From Cenococcum geophilum (taxonomy: Eukaryota): DNA of 64,000 bases. The DNA lies in NCBI GenBank assembly GCA_050273025.1, contig CP158635.1, positions 8,246,001-8,310,000 of the forward strand, given 5' to 3'. The notes under the pieces were generated by a model, which worked only from the letters and a program-made list of their open reading frames with translations, searched no databases and had not been told where the DNA came from. A program made the translations under genes and the position numbers. Shown in pieces: positions 1-12,400 of the stretch (positions are counted from its first letter, which is position 1; every line of letters starts with the position of its first letter).

Positions 1-1203
1 CCCCCTACCCAAAAATACTATAGCTGTTATTATTAATATCTTTAGCGTTAGTGGCTCTCTTAATATCTATTAGAAATCGGATAATAAATAGAGAAATATT
101 TTTATTAACATAGTTAGGATAAAAGATAGTAAGAATAGTAATAGATTAGTAATATTGCTATAGGAAGCTGGATAGTACTACTATTCCCTTAGGGCCATTA
201 AAATTAAATATACCGTAAAGAAATAGGCTAATTCCATATTTATATATGGATACCTTACATAAAATAGTAACGTTGTTCACTAAAGTAGTCGTATATTGCT
301 TTTAAGATAGCTATTATTATAAATAGGAACAAGTGGTTTTAGTGTGGTTCCGTTAACTATACTTTACCCCAGACTTAGTTAGATATAATAATAGCTTAAA
401 TATCTTGTAATATTAGCTAGAAGATCTACCTAGAAAATAAGTTTAAGTTAAATATTAGTTAGTAGTAAATATTTGCTTAGTAAGGAATATCTTATATACT
501 TAACTACTCGCCCTAAAGCTATTATTCTTTATATTCTTCCTTAGATTTAGTAATGCCTAATAGAGGTATAGAACTGGAGGCCTCTAAATATTTAGTATAA
601 GGTTACTCATGTATATCTAGAGAGCTTAGCTCTAGCGCGGCTAACTAATCTAATTTCGTAGGCTATAGCGGTAGAGTATTTATAGTTTATTAAGGTGCCC
701 GCAAGGTAATAGTTATTTAGTTTTCTATAGTACCCTATATACATAATAGGACTAGCATAGTTAACTATTGGTTATTATCGCAGTAGGACTTTTTAACCTT
801 TTATAATATATTCCTTCGCTAGCGTTTAGAGAATTAGGGACTCTAAGGCTTTTTTATTTTTTTTAATCTCTAAAGGGAGGCGGAGTCTATTATGCTCTCT
901 TATACTTACAATGGTTAATTACCTAAGCCTAACGGCACTAATTATAACTATTTAAGGACCACAGTTATTATTAATCCTCCTTAGGAAATGCTAGTAGCTC
1001 TTCTACCTCTCGCCCGTTTTTAAGCTAGGAGGCTTTACTAGCTTTATAAGTATATTAAAAGCTTCTTAGATATATTTACGCTTATAAGGCTTTATACCTT
1101 CCTAGAGTTTAATTATCCCGGCGGTTATAAGGAGTTTAGTTATAGCGCTATTAATTAGTAATAGTTGGTGCTGATTTCGTTACAATACCTAAATTAATGC
1201 CAT
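1..1203 (-). pseudogene. RIP-inactivated gene of unknown function (3' extent uncertain, may run off the window)
   Basis: From ATG at 1203 one frame reads MALI*VL*RNQHQLLLINSAITKLLITAGIIKL*EGIKPYKRKYI*EAFNIL...*KSY*HFLRRINNNCGP*IVIISAVRLR*LTIVSIREHNRLRLPLEI. All stops are TAA/TAG, reversible to CAA/CAG. No TE domain recognised. Confidence 0.4.
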
Positions 1204-1730
1204 AGCGTTAGGTTTGTTAAGAAGAGAAGGAGGTTATCCCAAAAAGATTCTAAGTTAGATAGTAGAGGGGGATTTAAGTAAAGGATTTAAGTGGAAATTA
1301 GTTGGAAATTAGTTAGAATTCTTTTAGGCTAAGAGGTATATTTTATTAGTCCTTCAGTTGGGCTTACAGCAGTTGTTCTTTGGCGTATTAGTAATATAGG
1401 ATAAGCGGAAGGTAGGATATAAAGCGATCTATATAAGCCGCTAGGGGAAATAAGCCGAGATACTAAAGCGTTCTTAATTAGAGCGGCATTAAAACTAAAA
1501 TGTAGAAATATAGTATAACGTAATTAGCTAAGCGAGAATATAGCTTACGTGGGGCGGTAATTAGAGTTTTACCGCTGTATGTCATAGAGCGTATAAAGAA
1601 TTTAAATCTATTAAACTAGAAATTATAAGATACTCCTACTAAATACGCTAAGGATAAGAATGCTAAACTAGAAATAGACCTTTAAGCTAAAAAGAGCACC
1701 ACTATCTAAGAACGAGGATATTCTAAAGTA

Positions 1731-4618
1731 TTACCGCCGTCCCTTACGCACGGCAGCTCTGCCCTTTACTTTTATAGAGTATACCTATAGTAATCTAACC
1801 TTAGCATACCGGACGCGTCTTTAGTAAGACTTAAGGGTATCCTTAGGGTTTAAAAGCCCGCTTTTATAAACTTAGGTAGGCTTCTAAGCCACCTTATATT
1901 CGCGCCCTAACTTAGTTATTCTTTCCCCTAAAATATTATCGATCTCCCATTTATTATCTAAGTTTATTTTATTAAATTTATCTTTTTTAGCCTGGGTATA
2001 GCGCTTTATAGCAGGCTCTAGGTTTAAAACGTTACTTTAATTATTAGCGACGCTATTACTATTACTATCTTCCTTATTATAAATATAACTGCTAGCCTTA
2101 TTATATAGTAGTTTAATATAGTAGAAAAGGGTAGGCTCTTAAAGCGAAGGGCTGACGGGCTGTAGAGTGGATACCGCTTACTAGTTAACTTGCGGGTATT
2201 AAGAGTTAAGGTTAAGGATAGGAGGGTTAGGGGGGCTAGAAGATAAGTCTTCGCAATAGGTAGGTAGCCTTTATTACTTTTAGGGACGTAGACTATTACT
2301 ACCCTTACTGCCCTCACCACCCCCACTACTCTCTTTAGTAGGGTTGTTAGAATTATAATTAGTAATATTATCCTGTTTAAGCTAATTAAGCTTCCGCTTC
2401 CTTAGCATAAAAGATAATTCGCCTCCTATATCCCCTTTCTTATAATTACCCTCCTCCCTAATAAGCGGATTGTCTATATGTTATGTTATTAGGTTATAGT
2501 AATAATATTTTAATATCTGTAACTTACCAATATTATCCGCATTATTGGCTATTAAGAAGTCTTAGTTAGTTACTACGTAGGTCTCTAACTTCTATATAGC
2601 CTAGGGGACAGTCGTAATATTAATTCCCTTAGCTAGGCTATCCATTCTATTAATATCTTCTACTATAGGTTTAAGATAGTTATACATAGATATGCTAAAG
2701 AGATCTTCTAGCTCCTCTAAAGAAGGTAGCTCCTTATTATTGTCGTCCTTATCACTACAATTATTTCTATTGCCTAATAATTATTAAGTAAGGCTGTTAT
2801 ATAGGGGGGAAGTATATACCCAACTTATAAGGTGCTAGTTAATCGCCAACTTTATTAGCTTTATCGCTAATATTACCAGCTTTATTACCTTCGGCTTTAG
2901 GTTCTAAGTCTAGGTTAGCTATATTATCTTTAATAAATATTAGATTCGCTACTAGCCGTTAAATATATTTATAGTTATTAGAAAAAGAGGGAAAGGATAA
3001 TTGCTAAATTACCTTAATTACTTCCTCCAGCGTCTTAGCTATTACTTTTATTCTTATAAATATCTTTATACTTATTAAAAGCCTTAGAATCTGCGGGTGC
3101 CTTATTAGGTAGAATGTTTAAAAAAGGCAATATGGAATAACTTACCCTCTTATAACTAGGCCAAATATTTTATAAGATTATTACTTAGAGGGAAGTAAGG
3201 TACTCTCCCCTTTTTTATTCTCTTTTTAGGTATATTGCTTATATTTGCCTTAAAAGCCGTAATTGCATAATACTAAGAAGCCTTCAGTTTTTTAGGGGGT
3301 GCAGTATAGAAATTAATATTATTAAGTAAAATTCCTAAATAAAAACAAAGGGGTTAAGAAGATGCCACTATTACTACCGCTATTATTATTAAAATTATTA
3401 TTACCTTATATCTTTCCAATAGCTCTAAAGAATAGGTTACGCTAGGCTTTTAAGTCTACGCCAGTCCCCTTTTTACTACTAGCTTATATCCGCAGCATCT
3501 ATACTAAAATAACCTTACTAGCTTAATAGCGAATTAAAACGTATAATCTACGCTCTATTAGTAATTACCGTTTATAATATATAAAGGTTTATATAGGCTT
3601 AAACTCTATTATAAAATTAACGCCTATTAGGAAACTGTGATTAAGGCCCAACTAACTAGGCTAGCATATTTAGCCTTTAATAGGGGCATTATACCAAGCC
3701 TCCTTATTAAGGAGGTTAGTGGCGAAGTACCTCCTCTACCCTTATTCCTTAGAGTTAGGGCTAGCGCTAATATATCCGTTTTCTAACCCGATTATACTAG
3801 CAAACTAGATCTTTTATATTAGATCTTCTATAAGATTATAGTTTCTAGGTTAAATAGGTAGGGGGCGTGCCGTAATTCCGCTATAAGTATTAAAAGACAC
3901 TCTAAGTAATAAGGGCATCCTTAAATCTCTCCCCTAGATCCGAGGAATTTCCTTAGTTATACTCTATAAAGCTTACAGCCGCTACTTAACCTCCTAAATA
4001 TACGCAAAAGCCTCACTTTTACCCTTACCTATAGCCGGATGTTATAAATAACATTAAGAGGTAAATAGCGCGAGTAGATTAGGCGATCACGCCCGTATTT
4101 ATCTCACTGCGCCCTTTTAGCTAGTACAGCCACCGTATAAAGTCCGTCTCCGTTAGGAGATTAAATACGCAAACTTTTCTCCAGTATTCGTTAGCTAAGA
4201 GTAAGATTATAACACTAGCTCTACTAGAAGCTAGGCTGTGCTACTAAATAGGCCGTTTACCCCTAAATTCCGCCTTACGAGTCTTAGGTCCATATAATAG
4301 ATGTTTTTATAACTTATGCCTTCTTAGCTAAATAGGGGGCTAGATTAGACTAAAGCCTGGCGGCCCCCCTAATTATAATGTAATCCTCTAATTATTAAGG
4401 AAGAGTAAGGTCTAGGTCTAAGTTAAAAAGGTATTAAAAAGGGCGAGGGCTTCTAGCTTTTAGCGGCGTAGCTTTAGCTAAGCTAAGTAATTGGCATTAG
4501 CCTATGGTTTTACTAAGGACCTACTTCGGCATCCGGCTTTGCCTTTATTATAACGCTATAATGCGACACTACCTAACGCGTCTTATAGCTCGCAGCAGCT
4601 ATAACCCGCGTAATCTAT
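1731..4618 (-). pseudogene. RIP-inactivated gene with a C-terminal chromodomain (N-terminal part unassigned, probably intron-containing)
   Basis: About 1826-1958 on the minus strand reads DNKWEIDNILGERITKLGREYKVA*KPT*VYKSGLLNPKDTLKSY, a chromodomain pattern with W>TAG/TAA stops. A de-RIP-able frame of ~200 codons runs from 4618 to ~4030. That both parts belong to one gene is an inference. Confidence 0.5.
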
Positions 4619-5174
4619 TACTAGGCGGTTCTCGGCACAGCCTTATAGCTATTTATAGCTGTTCCAATAGGGATTAAGTTATATATTATAGTTATACCTA
4701 AGACACTACTAAAGGCGGAGGTAAAGAAGAGGATAAATGGAAATATTATTCTGGTGTACTAATTAGTAACGTAGGCAGGAGAAGAGAAGAGAGGAGAGAA
4801 GAAAGGAGGAATATGGTAGGACCGAAGCATACGTTAATATTAGGAGAGAGTATAAATGTGTCCTATAGAAAGGGCCAAAGAGTTACAGCGCTAGGTAATT
4901 ATTAGTATAAAATATATAGAGATTAGGGAAGGCGGGCAGATCACCTACATAGACGCTAAGGGGATGGAAAATGCCTTACGGCTGACAGCTAGAGTCTAAG
5001 GTGGCACGGTAGCGGGAAAGAAAAGAGGAAATAGAGCATAAGGGCAAAAGTAGTAAGGAAGAAGGCCTTTTATGGTTAAGGTTAAGGTTAGGTCTTAGCC
5101 AAACTAGGGTAGGGAAGTGAGCGCGCCTTGCTTATAAAGGAACCTCCATTTCCTAATACGTGGTCTCCATCTTA

Positions 5175-7298
5175 TTTTTTACTAAATTATATTATATAAG
5201 ATTAATTTCGGCGCCACTGTTATATAGTACTTAGAACTGTTATATCTTACCTATAGGAAGTATTATTTCTAGCTTAACAGTAATATAGAGAGTCTTTCTT
5301 CTATATCTTGCCCTAGTTATAGCTAAGAGAGGTCCATAACTAAGGCTTTTCTTTTTTTAGATTGTTAGTACGGTTATTACCCTTCTTATTTTTCTAATAA
5401 AATCTACCTCTAGAGTTTTCTCTTAACTTTTTAAAGTGTTCCTATAAAGGTGCTAGACGGGTATTAGGTTGGCCCTAGAAGTCTTTCCCATTATTTAAGG
5501 TTCCTAACTTTAACCCTTCTAAAGTTCTCTTTAAGAACGGCTTCTTTAAAGGTTAGGTCTGCCCTACGTTACTACTAAAGTACCTATACTTTTAGTAACC
5601 CCCTAGCTTCCTACTAGAAGAGGTCTAGTTCCTTACCGTATCTTTAGCGTTTAGAACTACTCGTTTAAAATCTATATATATAGTGATCCGCAATAGGGCT
5701 CCTATACGCTTTATTTTGTTACAAATTACTAGCTTAATTCTAGCCTAGATAAACCCAATCTTCTCCTTTTTATAAATACTACCGTCCTTATTTTTAAAGG
5801 GCTTTAAATCTATCTACTAAGCATAAGTTTCCATAAAGTTTATAAACTAGCGAAAGTTATAGCGGTCCAGCTGTATCTTATTCTAGAATAGCTTTATATT
5901 ATTATATTATACAATATACGGATCTTAAGTCCATTTCTTTAGGAAGGTTTACAGCTGTGGCTATATAGTGATTTGCTCTTTATTAAGCTAATTAAGTGCG
6001 ATCTAGTTTAGCAATTGGTCTTTAATCTTACTAATAATCTAGCGTATACGCTCTTTGGTATTATCTCGTATTATTAGTATCTTAAAGAAGTTGTCTACCT
6101 TATAAACCCAATTATCTAACTACTGGGCGTTAGGTCTATGGCGGAGTTCTAAACTACTAAAGGCCTTAACTAGTCGGTCTATGTCCTTTTTCCGTTTATA
6201 GTATAAATAACTCTCTAAGTCTTTTATACCTTCTTAGGTAGGTACTAGGTAGCTCCTAAAAAGCCCTTAGCCTTAACTAAGTTATAAAAGAATTTACCTA
6301 GCTTAGATTAGACCCTACTAGATCTAGATTTACCATTAAAGGGTTCTAATATATTTATTAGTAGCTTCCTCCCGTATAGCTTCCGAGAGCCTTATAACAG
6401 CTTCCTAATATCTATTTTAAAGGAGATCGGTATAGGGCTCTTAACCTTCTAAACTTAGGCCTAAGGAAGCTCCTACTATAGAGGTAGTGTTAGTACTAGT
6501 AGCTAGTATAGGCTTCCTAATAAGGCTCGGGTCTTAAGTTAGTAATTAGCTTAGATTACCTAAAGGGGTAGGCCCGCTTAGCTTATAAGCAGTCTATATA
6601 CCGCCACTATGCCAATTATAGGCCGATGGTCTTTTAGGAGGGTTCTAGTTAGTTTCCTAGTTAAACGCATTAGTGTATTCCTCTAGCATTTCTAGCTTAG
6701 GGGAAGATCTTAAAGTTGCCTCTAGCGCTTAATCTTCTAATTAGCCTAGATAGGGCTAGAGGGGTTCCGGTTACTTTCTGGCAGCATTATAACCGTTATA
6801 AAGGGTATCTATATTTTCCTTCGCGTTGCTAGTAACCGTAGGTATATAAGAGTCTTTAAGCTCCTAAAGCATCTAGGTATTAGGGCTTATTCAGCCATCT
6901 TACCTAAAGGGTTATATTATTACAATCTCTCGCTATCGAAGGGACCTTCCTGCCTTTACGCAACGGCTTTCTATAAGGTATCCGTGGAGTTTCTATTTAG
7001 GTCATTATAAGATTTTAAGGGAGGATAGTAGTTATCAACAAAAGATATAAATAAACAATCTGGTCCTTAAAGCCGACTACCCTTCTAAAAAAGAGTAGAA
7101 AGGATTTAAATATAAGGGGGTCTTATAGACAGGGGGCTATAAGGACACGATTAGTAAGAAAGACGAATCCTTAAGGAGGTAAGGCTTCTAAGATTGTAGA
7201 GACTATATACTACAGGCACGTGCCTTCGGTACGTAACTAGCGACTATCTAAAGGGCGTCCGGGGGTTGTCCTGAGGGCAACCTAAGGTGTCTGCAATA
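5175..7298 (-). mobile_element. Truncated Ty3/Gypsy retrotransposon (family A'): 5' LTR + gag + start of protease
   Basis: LTR-like 7111-7298 is followed on the minus strand by TTTAAATCCTT, as after the Gypsy-C 5' LTR. A degenerate gag follows, then the protease motif VLYNSGAEINLI (= LYDSGAEINLI) at ~5195-5230. No RT or 3' LTR follows. Confidence 0.75.
7111..7298 (-). repeat. 5' LTR (~188 bp) of Gypsy A'
   Basis: TA..TA (RIPed TG..CA) ends. It shares the CCTTAAGGATTCGTCT block and the CCTTATA terminus with the Gypsy-C LTRs. No partner LTR is in the window. Confidence 0.6.
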
Positions 7299-9398
7299 AT
7301 ATCCCTTATACTAGTAAATACGGATACCGAGTTATTAATAAGCGGTTGCTATTAAGTAAAGCTCCTATATTACTAATATAGAAGTATAAGGTAGACCTTT
7401 TTTAAAACGGTCCTTTAGGTAAAAAGAGGCTCTAGTTATATAAGCTCTACTATTTAGCTTAAAGACTAGGTGCTTTACTTATAATTAACAGCAATAATTA
7501 TATTAACTGCCATTTAAAATTAAAGCATAACCTTATTATTAACCCTAAAAGTTATAGTAATAGAATATAATAACTAGCTATAGAAGCTTCTACTTTTGCT
7601 AGCGGTTATAAACGCCAGCTATTTTAGGCAGCTGGCTATATTTAAGCCTATATTAATTAGACAATTCTATAAGATATTACCTTTTATTAAGCTATAAGTC
7701 CTTCTATACGCGCTCTACTAATATTTAACCGTCCTTAGATCTAAGACTATCTTATAAAGGCACCTATATTACTAAGCAATTAGATTAAAACCGTATTTAA
7801 ATAGTAACGCGTTAATATTAAAGACCTCCTCCTTACAGCACTTAGTAAAATTAATCTTACCTATAATATCTAGATATCTATAAATGGAATGCTACCACTT
7901 AGTATAGTGGCTTATTGTATTAACAAAGGTAAAAACCTTTATTTAGTACTTTTAGGCCTTCTATAACTATAAGGATTATACTCTACTAAGAATATAGCAA
8001 CGGCCCTAGTATCAGTAATTTAAAAGTATTAATTTAATAATAAGCTTAGCTCTTTAATAACTAATAACGCTAGTAATAATAAGCAGCTCTATAACTACCT
8101 CTTATAAAGCCTCTTAGTGGCTAAAAAGGAGCGACTTTAGTGCGTTGGCTATATTATCAATCTTATTATTAAGGCTTTAATATATAGCAAAGACGTAAGC
8201 AAGCTTAAACGCTTAATAATTAGCGCGAGCAACTATATTAAATTTGATTTTATGCGGCAGAGAGGCTTTATAGGTAAGCTTTATAATATTATCAAATATA
8301 TTATGCAATTAATAAGACGCTATAAGGATTTTACTAAGAACTAGACTAAGGCCTATATTAAAGACAATTTTTTTTAATTAAGTAGAGCTTCTGCTTATTA
8401 AGGATAGAGGCGTTTATTAGAATTTAACCTACTTTATACTCCGCCATGCATTGCTTTTTTATAAAGTAATTAACAAATATTTATTAGCTTAAAGGAAGAT
8501 CGCTAATAATAGCTACAATCTATCTTAGGACGCGCTTACTAATAAAAATTAGCAGTAAGTAGAGTAGCTTATTAAGATCCTAAAGCCTTTTATATTAGCT
8601 ACTAAGCGTATAAAAGGTAACCTTAATAGTCCTAGTATTAAAGGCTTATATAGCGCTCTATAGAAGTTAATTACTAACATAGAGCTCCTCTATTAAATCC
8701 TCTAGTATATTTAGCTAAGCCTTAAGAATAAATGCAACTCCTTCCTTAAATTAGGCGTTGATATAGCTATTAAAAAGATTAATAAATATTTTAATAAAAT
8801 AAAGGCCGAGAGCCCTTGCTATTTTACTATAGTAATCCTTTATCTATCTCTTAAACGCGCCTACTTTTGCGATAAGTAAAAATAGTAACCCTAGTAGTAG
8901 AAGTACGCCAAGCGGTATATAGAGACTCTATTTAATAACTATATTAATAAGTAAGTAGATAAGGAAGATAAAGAACTGGTTAAGCTATAATATAAAAAGG
9001 TTTCTTGTAAATTTAATAACAATTTAGCTAATAAATATATATAGTTCTTAGTTGTAGATAAAAGCCTTACTTCTTTAAAGCGTAATTAAAAGCGTATTAA
9101 GCTTGCTAGTAAGCTTAACCACTACTATAATTGTCACAAAGCTTATATTGAGCTGTTTATTGATAAAATGGGTTAATTAATTAATGATCTTGTCTTTAGG
9201 TTAATTAACCTTAGACCTAGGGCCCTCGGGCTTAGATAAAGAGGTTTACACTATATGTGACTTGTGCACGTGACTTGTGCATAGTCTACGCCTCTAGAGA
9301 ATATAGATTATCTAATATACCCCCTTAGCTTCGAGCTCTTTGAGGTTAAAGCTAACCATCTTCCTGCTAAATTCTGCCAACTTCTGCTAACTAATCAG

Positions 9399-9425
9399 GA
9401 TTTTCCATCCCCGGGATGGAAAATC
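9399..9425. promoter_or_regulatory. 27-bp palindrome (13-1-13) in the Copia A1 3' non-coding region; function unknown
   Basis: GATTTTCCATCCC-C-GGGATGGAAAATC is a perfect inverted repeat, flanked by CTAATCAG and GCTATTGG. A regulatory role is inferred only. Confidence 0.5.
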
Positions 9426-9479
9426 GCTATTGGCTTGCTTACGGCTAGCGCCTTAGCGACCCTTCTTATGCTTATTAAT

Positions 9480-12400
9480 GCGTTAATTAAACCATAATCT
9501 TATCTAAATCCTTCCGTCTTGCTCTAATACTATCCCTTAAGTCCTCTAGTTACTTCTCCTTATTTAGCCGCTCCTTAATATCCACCATTCCAATTATATT
9601 AACGAAGCTTTAAAACCTCTACTTAGGCAGGGCCTTCGTAAGTCCATCGGCAATTATCTTCTTTATCGCTATCTATTAAAATTATACTCGTCTTATTGCG
9701 TATTCCTAACATAGCTAGTATTAATAGATATTAACGTATTAGAGCTTTGTAATTAGCTTTACCGTATCTTCTATAATTAGTTAAAGCGTCTAGGTATTAT
9801 TACATTTAATAATTAAGGGCTTATTTAGGCGTAGTGTTATTACTTTAAATAGCCTACTAATAAAGATAGCTTCCTTTACTATCTATAATAGGGCTAGCAA
9901 CTTGGCTTCTATGCTTAATATCATAACTATACCCTACTTATTTGCTCTTTAGGCAATTAGCCCCCTAAATAGCTTTATAATATATCCTTACAAGCTCTTT
10001 CTATTAATGGAGTTGTCCGTAAATAATACATTGCTAGTATAGATAAATAATTACGCTTTGCTTTTACCGTCTCTTTTATTATCTTATCCTTTATCGCGTA
10101 TTTCTTTATCTCTCCCTTTACCGTTTATTTCTTCCTTATCTCCTCTATAGTAGATTACTCTGCTTCTCGTGCTATATAGGTACTAAATAACTTTATCTGC
10201 CGCTTAATAATGCTCTTAGCTTAGGTTCTAATTAAACCTTACTAGCCGTAATACTGCGAAGGCAATATCTAAACGCGTTGTAGTAGCTATATAGAGTACC
10301 AAACCTAATTTTCTCTAATATAGTATTGTAGAGGCTAGTAGGGATATAGGACAGACTAATAGGTCTGTATTGGGGGACGGACGCGTTAGACAGATTAATT
10401 GGTAATTAGTAGGGAGGAATTTTAATTCTGCTATAGGAGTATCTAAAAGACGCCCTTTAAGATCTATCTTATACTAATTAGCTATCTTCTTAATATAGGC
10501 TTCCTGGGATAGCTATAGGAGCCTTTAGCTATAATTACGTAGTATATAGATTCCTATGAACTATTTTAGTTCGCTAAGGGTACTTATCTAGTATTCCTTG
10601 CTTAGCTCCTTGATTGCTTCTTAAGCTTTCTTCTTATCTATCTTTTAGTAGTAGAAGACAATATCGTTAACGTAGAAGAAGATAATTATTCTACCTTTTA
10701 GTATAACGTATGGCTCCTAGGGTACCTCTTTAAAACCTAATTCTATTAGTGAGCTCGTGAGATTCTTCTGCTATAATAGTAGTGATTATTGTAGTCCGTA
10801 AAGGGCTTTTCTTAAGCGTAGTACTTTATCTATCTTTCCTTTATTAAACCCTAGTGGTAGCTTTATATAGATAACCTTGTTAAAATCGTAATGGATAAAC
10901 GCATTAACTATATCTATCTATATTGTCTCTAGGTTGAATTTTACGGTAATCGCCATAAGGGTTTAGAAGGTTGTACTAGCTAATATAGTAGCTCTTATAG
11001 GTAGGTCTCCTAGGGCCTATTAATTTCCGTAGACTACTAAGCATACCTTATATTTCTAGAGAAATTTATACTTATCCGTCTTATAGACGAATACCTATAT
11101 TAAGCTAAGGACCTGCTAACCCTTTATATGCTTTTTATCTATTTCTTAAAACAACCTCATTTAATAATAAGATTGTAGGTAAGCTCGTTAAGCTTCTTAG
11201 AACTAATCTTAAAAAGGATATATATTAAGGTCGCGGATTAACTAAGGTAGTAGAGGTAAGTTCTTTCTATATAATTTGATATTACGTGTTTTACCTAATT
11301 TCAGCTTACTGTTATTAAGTTAACTATTAAGGTTAAACTTCCTTCCTACTAAAAAGGCGCCGTAATAGGCTAATATAATCCTTTTAATAACAAAGTTTTT
11401 AAACCTATTATTACAGGCTTCCTTAAATAAGTCTTTAACTAAGTTGTTAAATACCCCCTAAGTATAAAACCCGTCTCCTACTTAATAGGCGATGTCTTAA
11501 TTAGTACCTTATATATCTAACTTCGTAGAATACTCGACGTAAAAGGAATATAGAGATTCTTCGTCTTCTTCTATTAGAGGTGGCGTATAGTATATATCTT
11601 CGAGAGCTCTTATAAGCTTAAGATCTACTAATTTATTAAAGGTTTAAACTGGCTTATCGACGTTGTTGTCTTCCTCTTAAATTAATGGTTTAAATACTTC
11701 TTTATTATCTTCTAGAAGAACCTTATTCTTAGTTAGGCTATTAGGAAGTTAAATCTTCTTAATTAGTATTTCTAATTCGGCGTATAGATCCTTTAAAATG
11801 TCTATTCGCTTACCATTAAAGAATATCTTTTTGTTAAAGATAATATCCCTAGTAGAGATGACGATACCTTTGTAGGGGATCTAGATCCTATAAATATTAG
11901 TAGAGTTATAGCCAATAAGGTAGCTGATATAGGCTCGCGGATCTAGCTTACTTAGCCTTTTCTTCTTTAGCTGGGCGTCCGACGTTATTATATACGCCCT
12001 ATAGCTGTAGGCTTTTAGGTGCGCTAGTTGCGGCTTTCTTAATCTCTTATTGGCTAGGAAGGTATAGAACCTCTTATATAGTAATTTCCAACCATTGCTT
12101 TCCCGTGGCGTTTAATCTCGAAGGTAGACTATATAGTTAACTATCTCGTTCTATAGGTCGTGTGGTAGATTAGCAGCAATTCTTATTACATGTGCTCTCT
12201 TAATAATTATACCCCCTAAGCGTTCGGCGGTACCGTTCTGTGCTTAGGTATATAGCGCTAAAGGCTTAAATATAATCCCTTACGTCTGTAGCTATTTAAG
12301 GGTTCTCTTTTTCCCTAGCTCGTTGTCTAACCTAATAGTGTTAACTTTAAGGTTATACCTTAAACAAATCCATTAGATAAAATCTTTAAGCACTTATAGT

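Noticed and set aside
2024..2326. 100-aa ORF as an independent gene
   Set aside because: Lies within the RIPed chromodomain-gene region; its I/L/Y/K-rich composition reflects RIP. At most a pseudogene fragment.
5074..5092. Telomere-like GGTTAAGGTTAAGGTTAGG
   Set aside because: Only about three imperfect units; insufficient for an interstitial telomere call.
9399..9480. Palindrome as a coding extension of Copia A pol (..AIFHPGDGKS*)
   Set aside because: Not in the pol frame; pol reaches stop codons at ~9475-9490 first.
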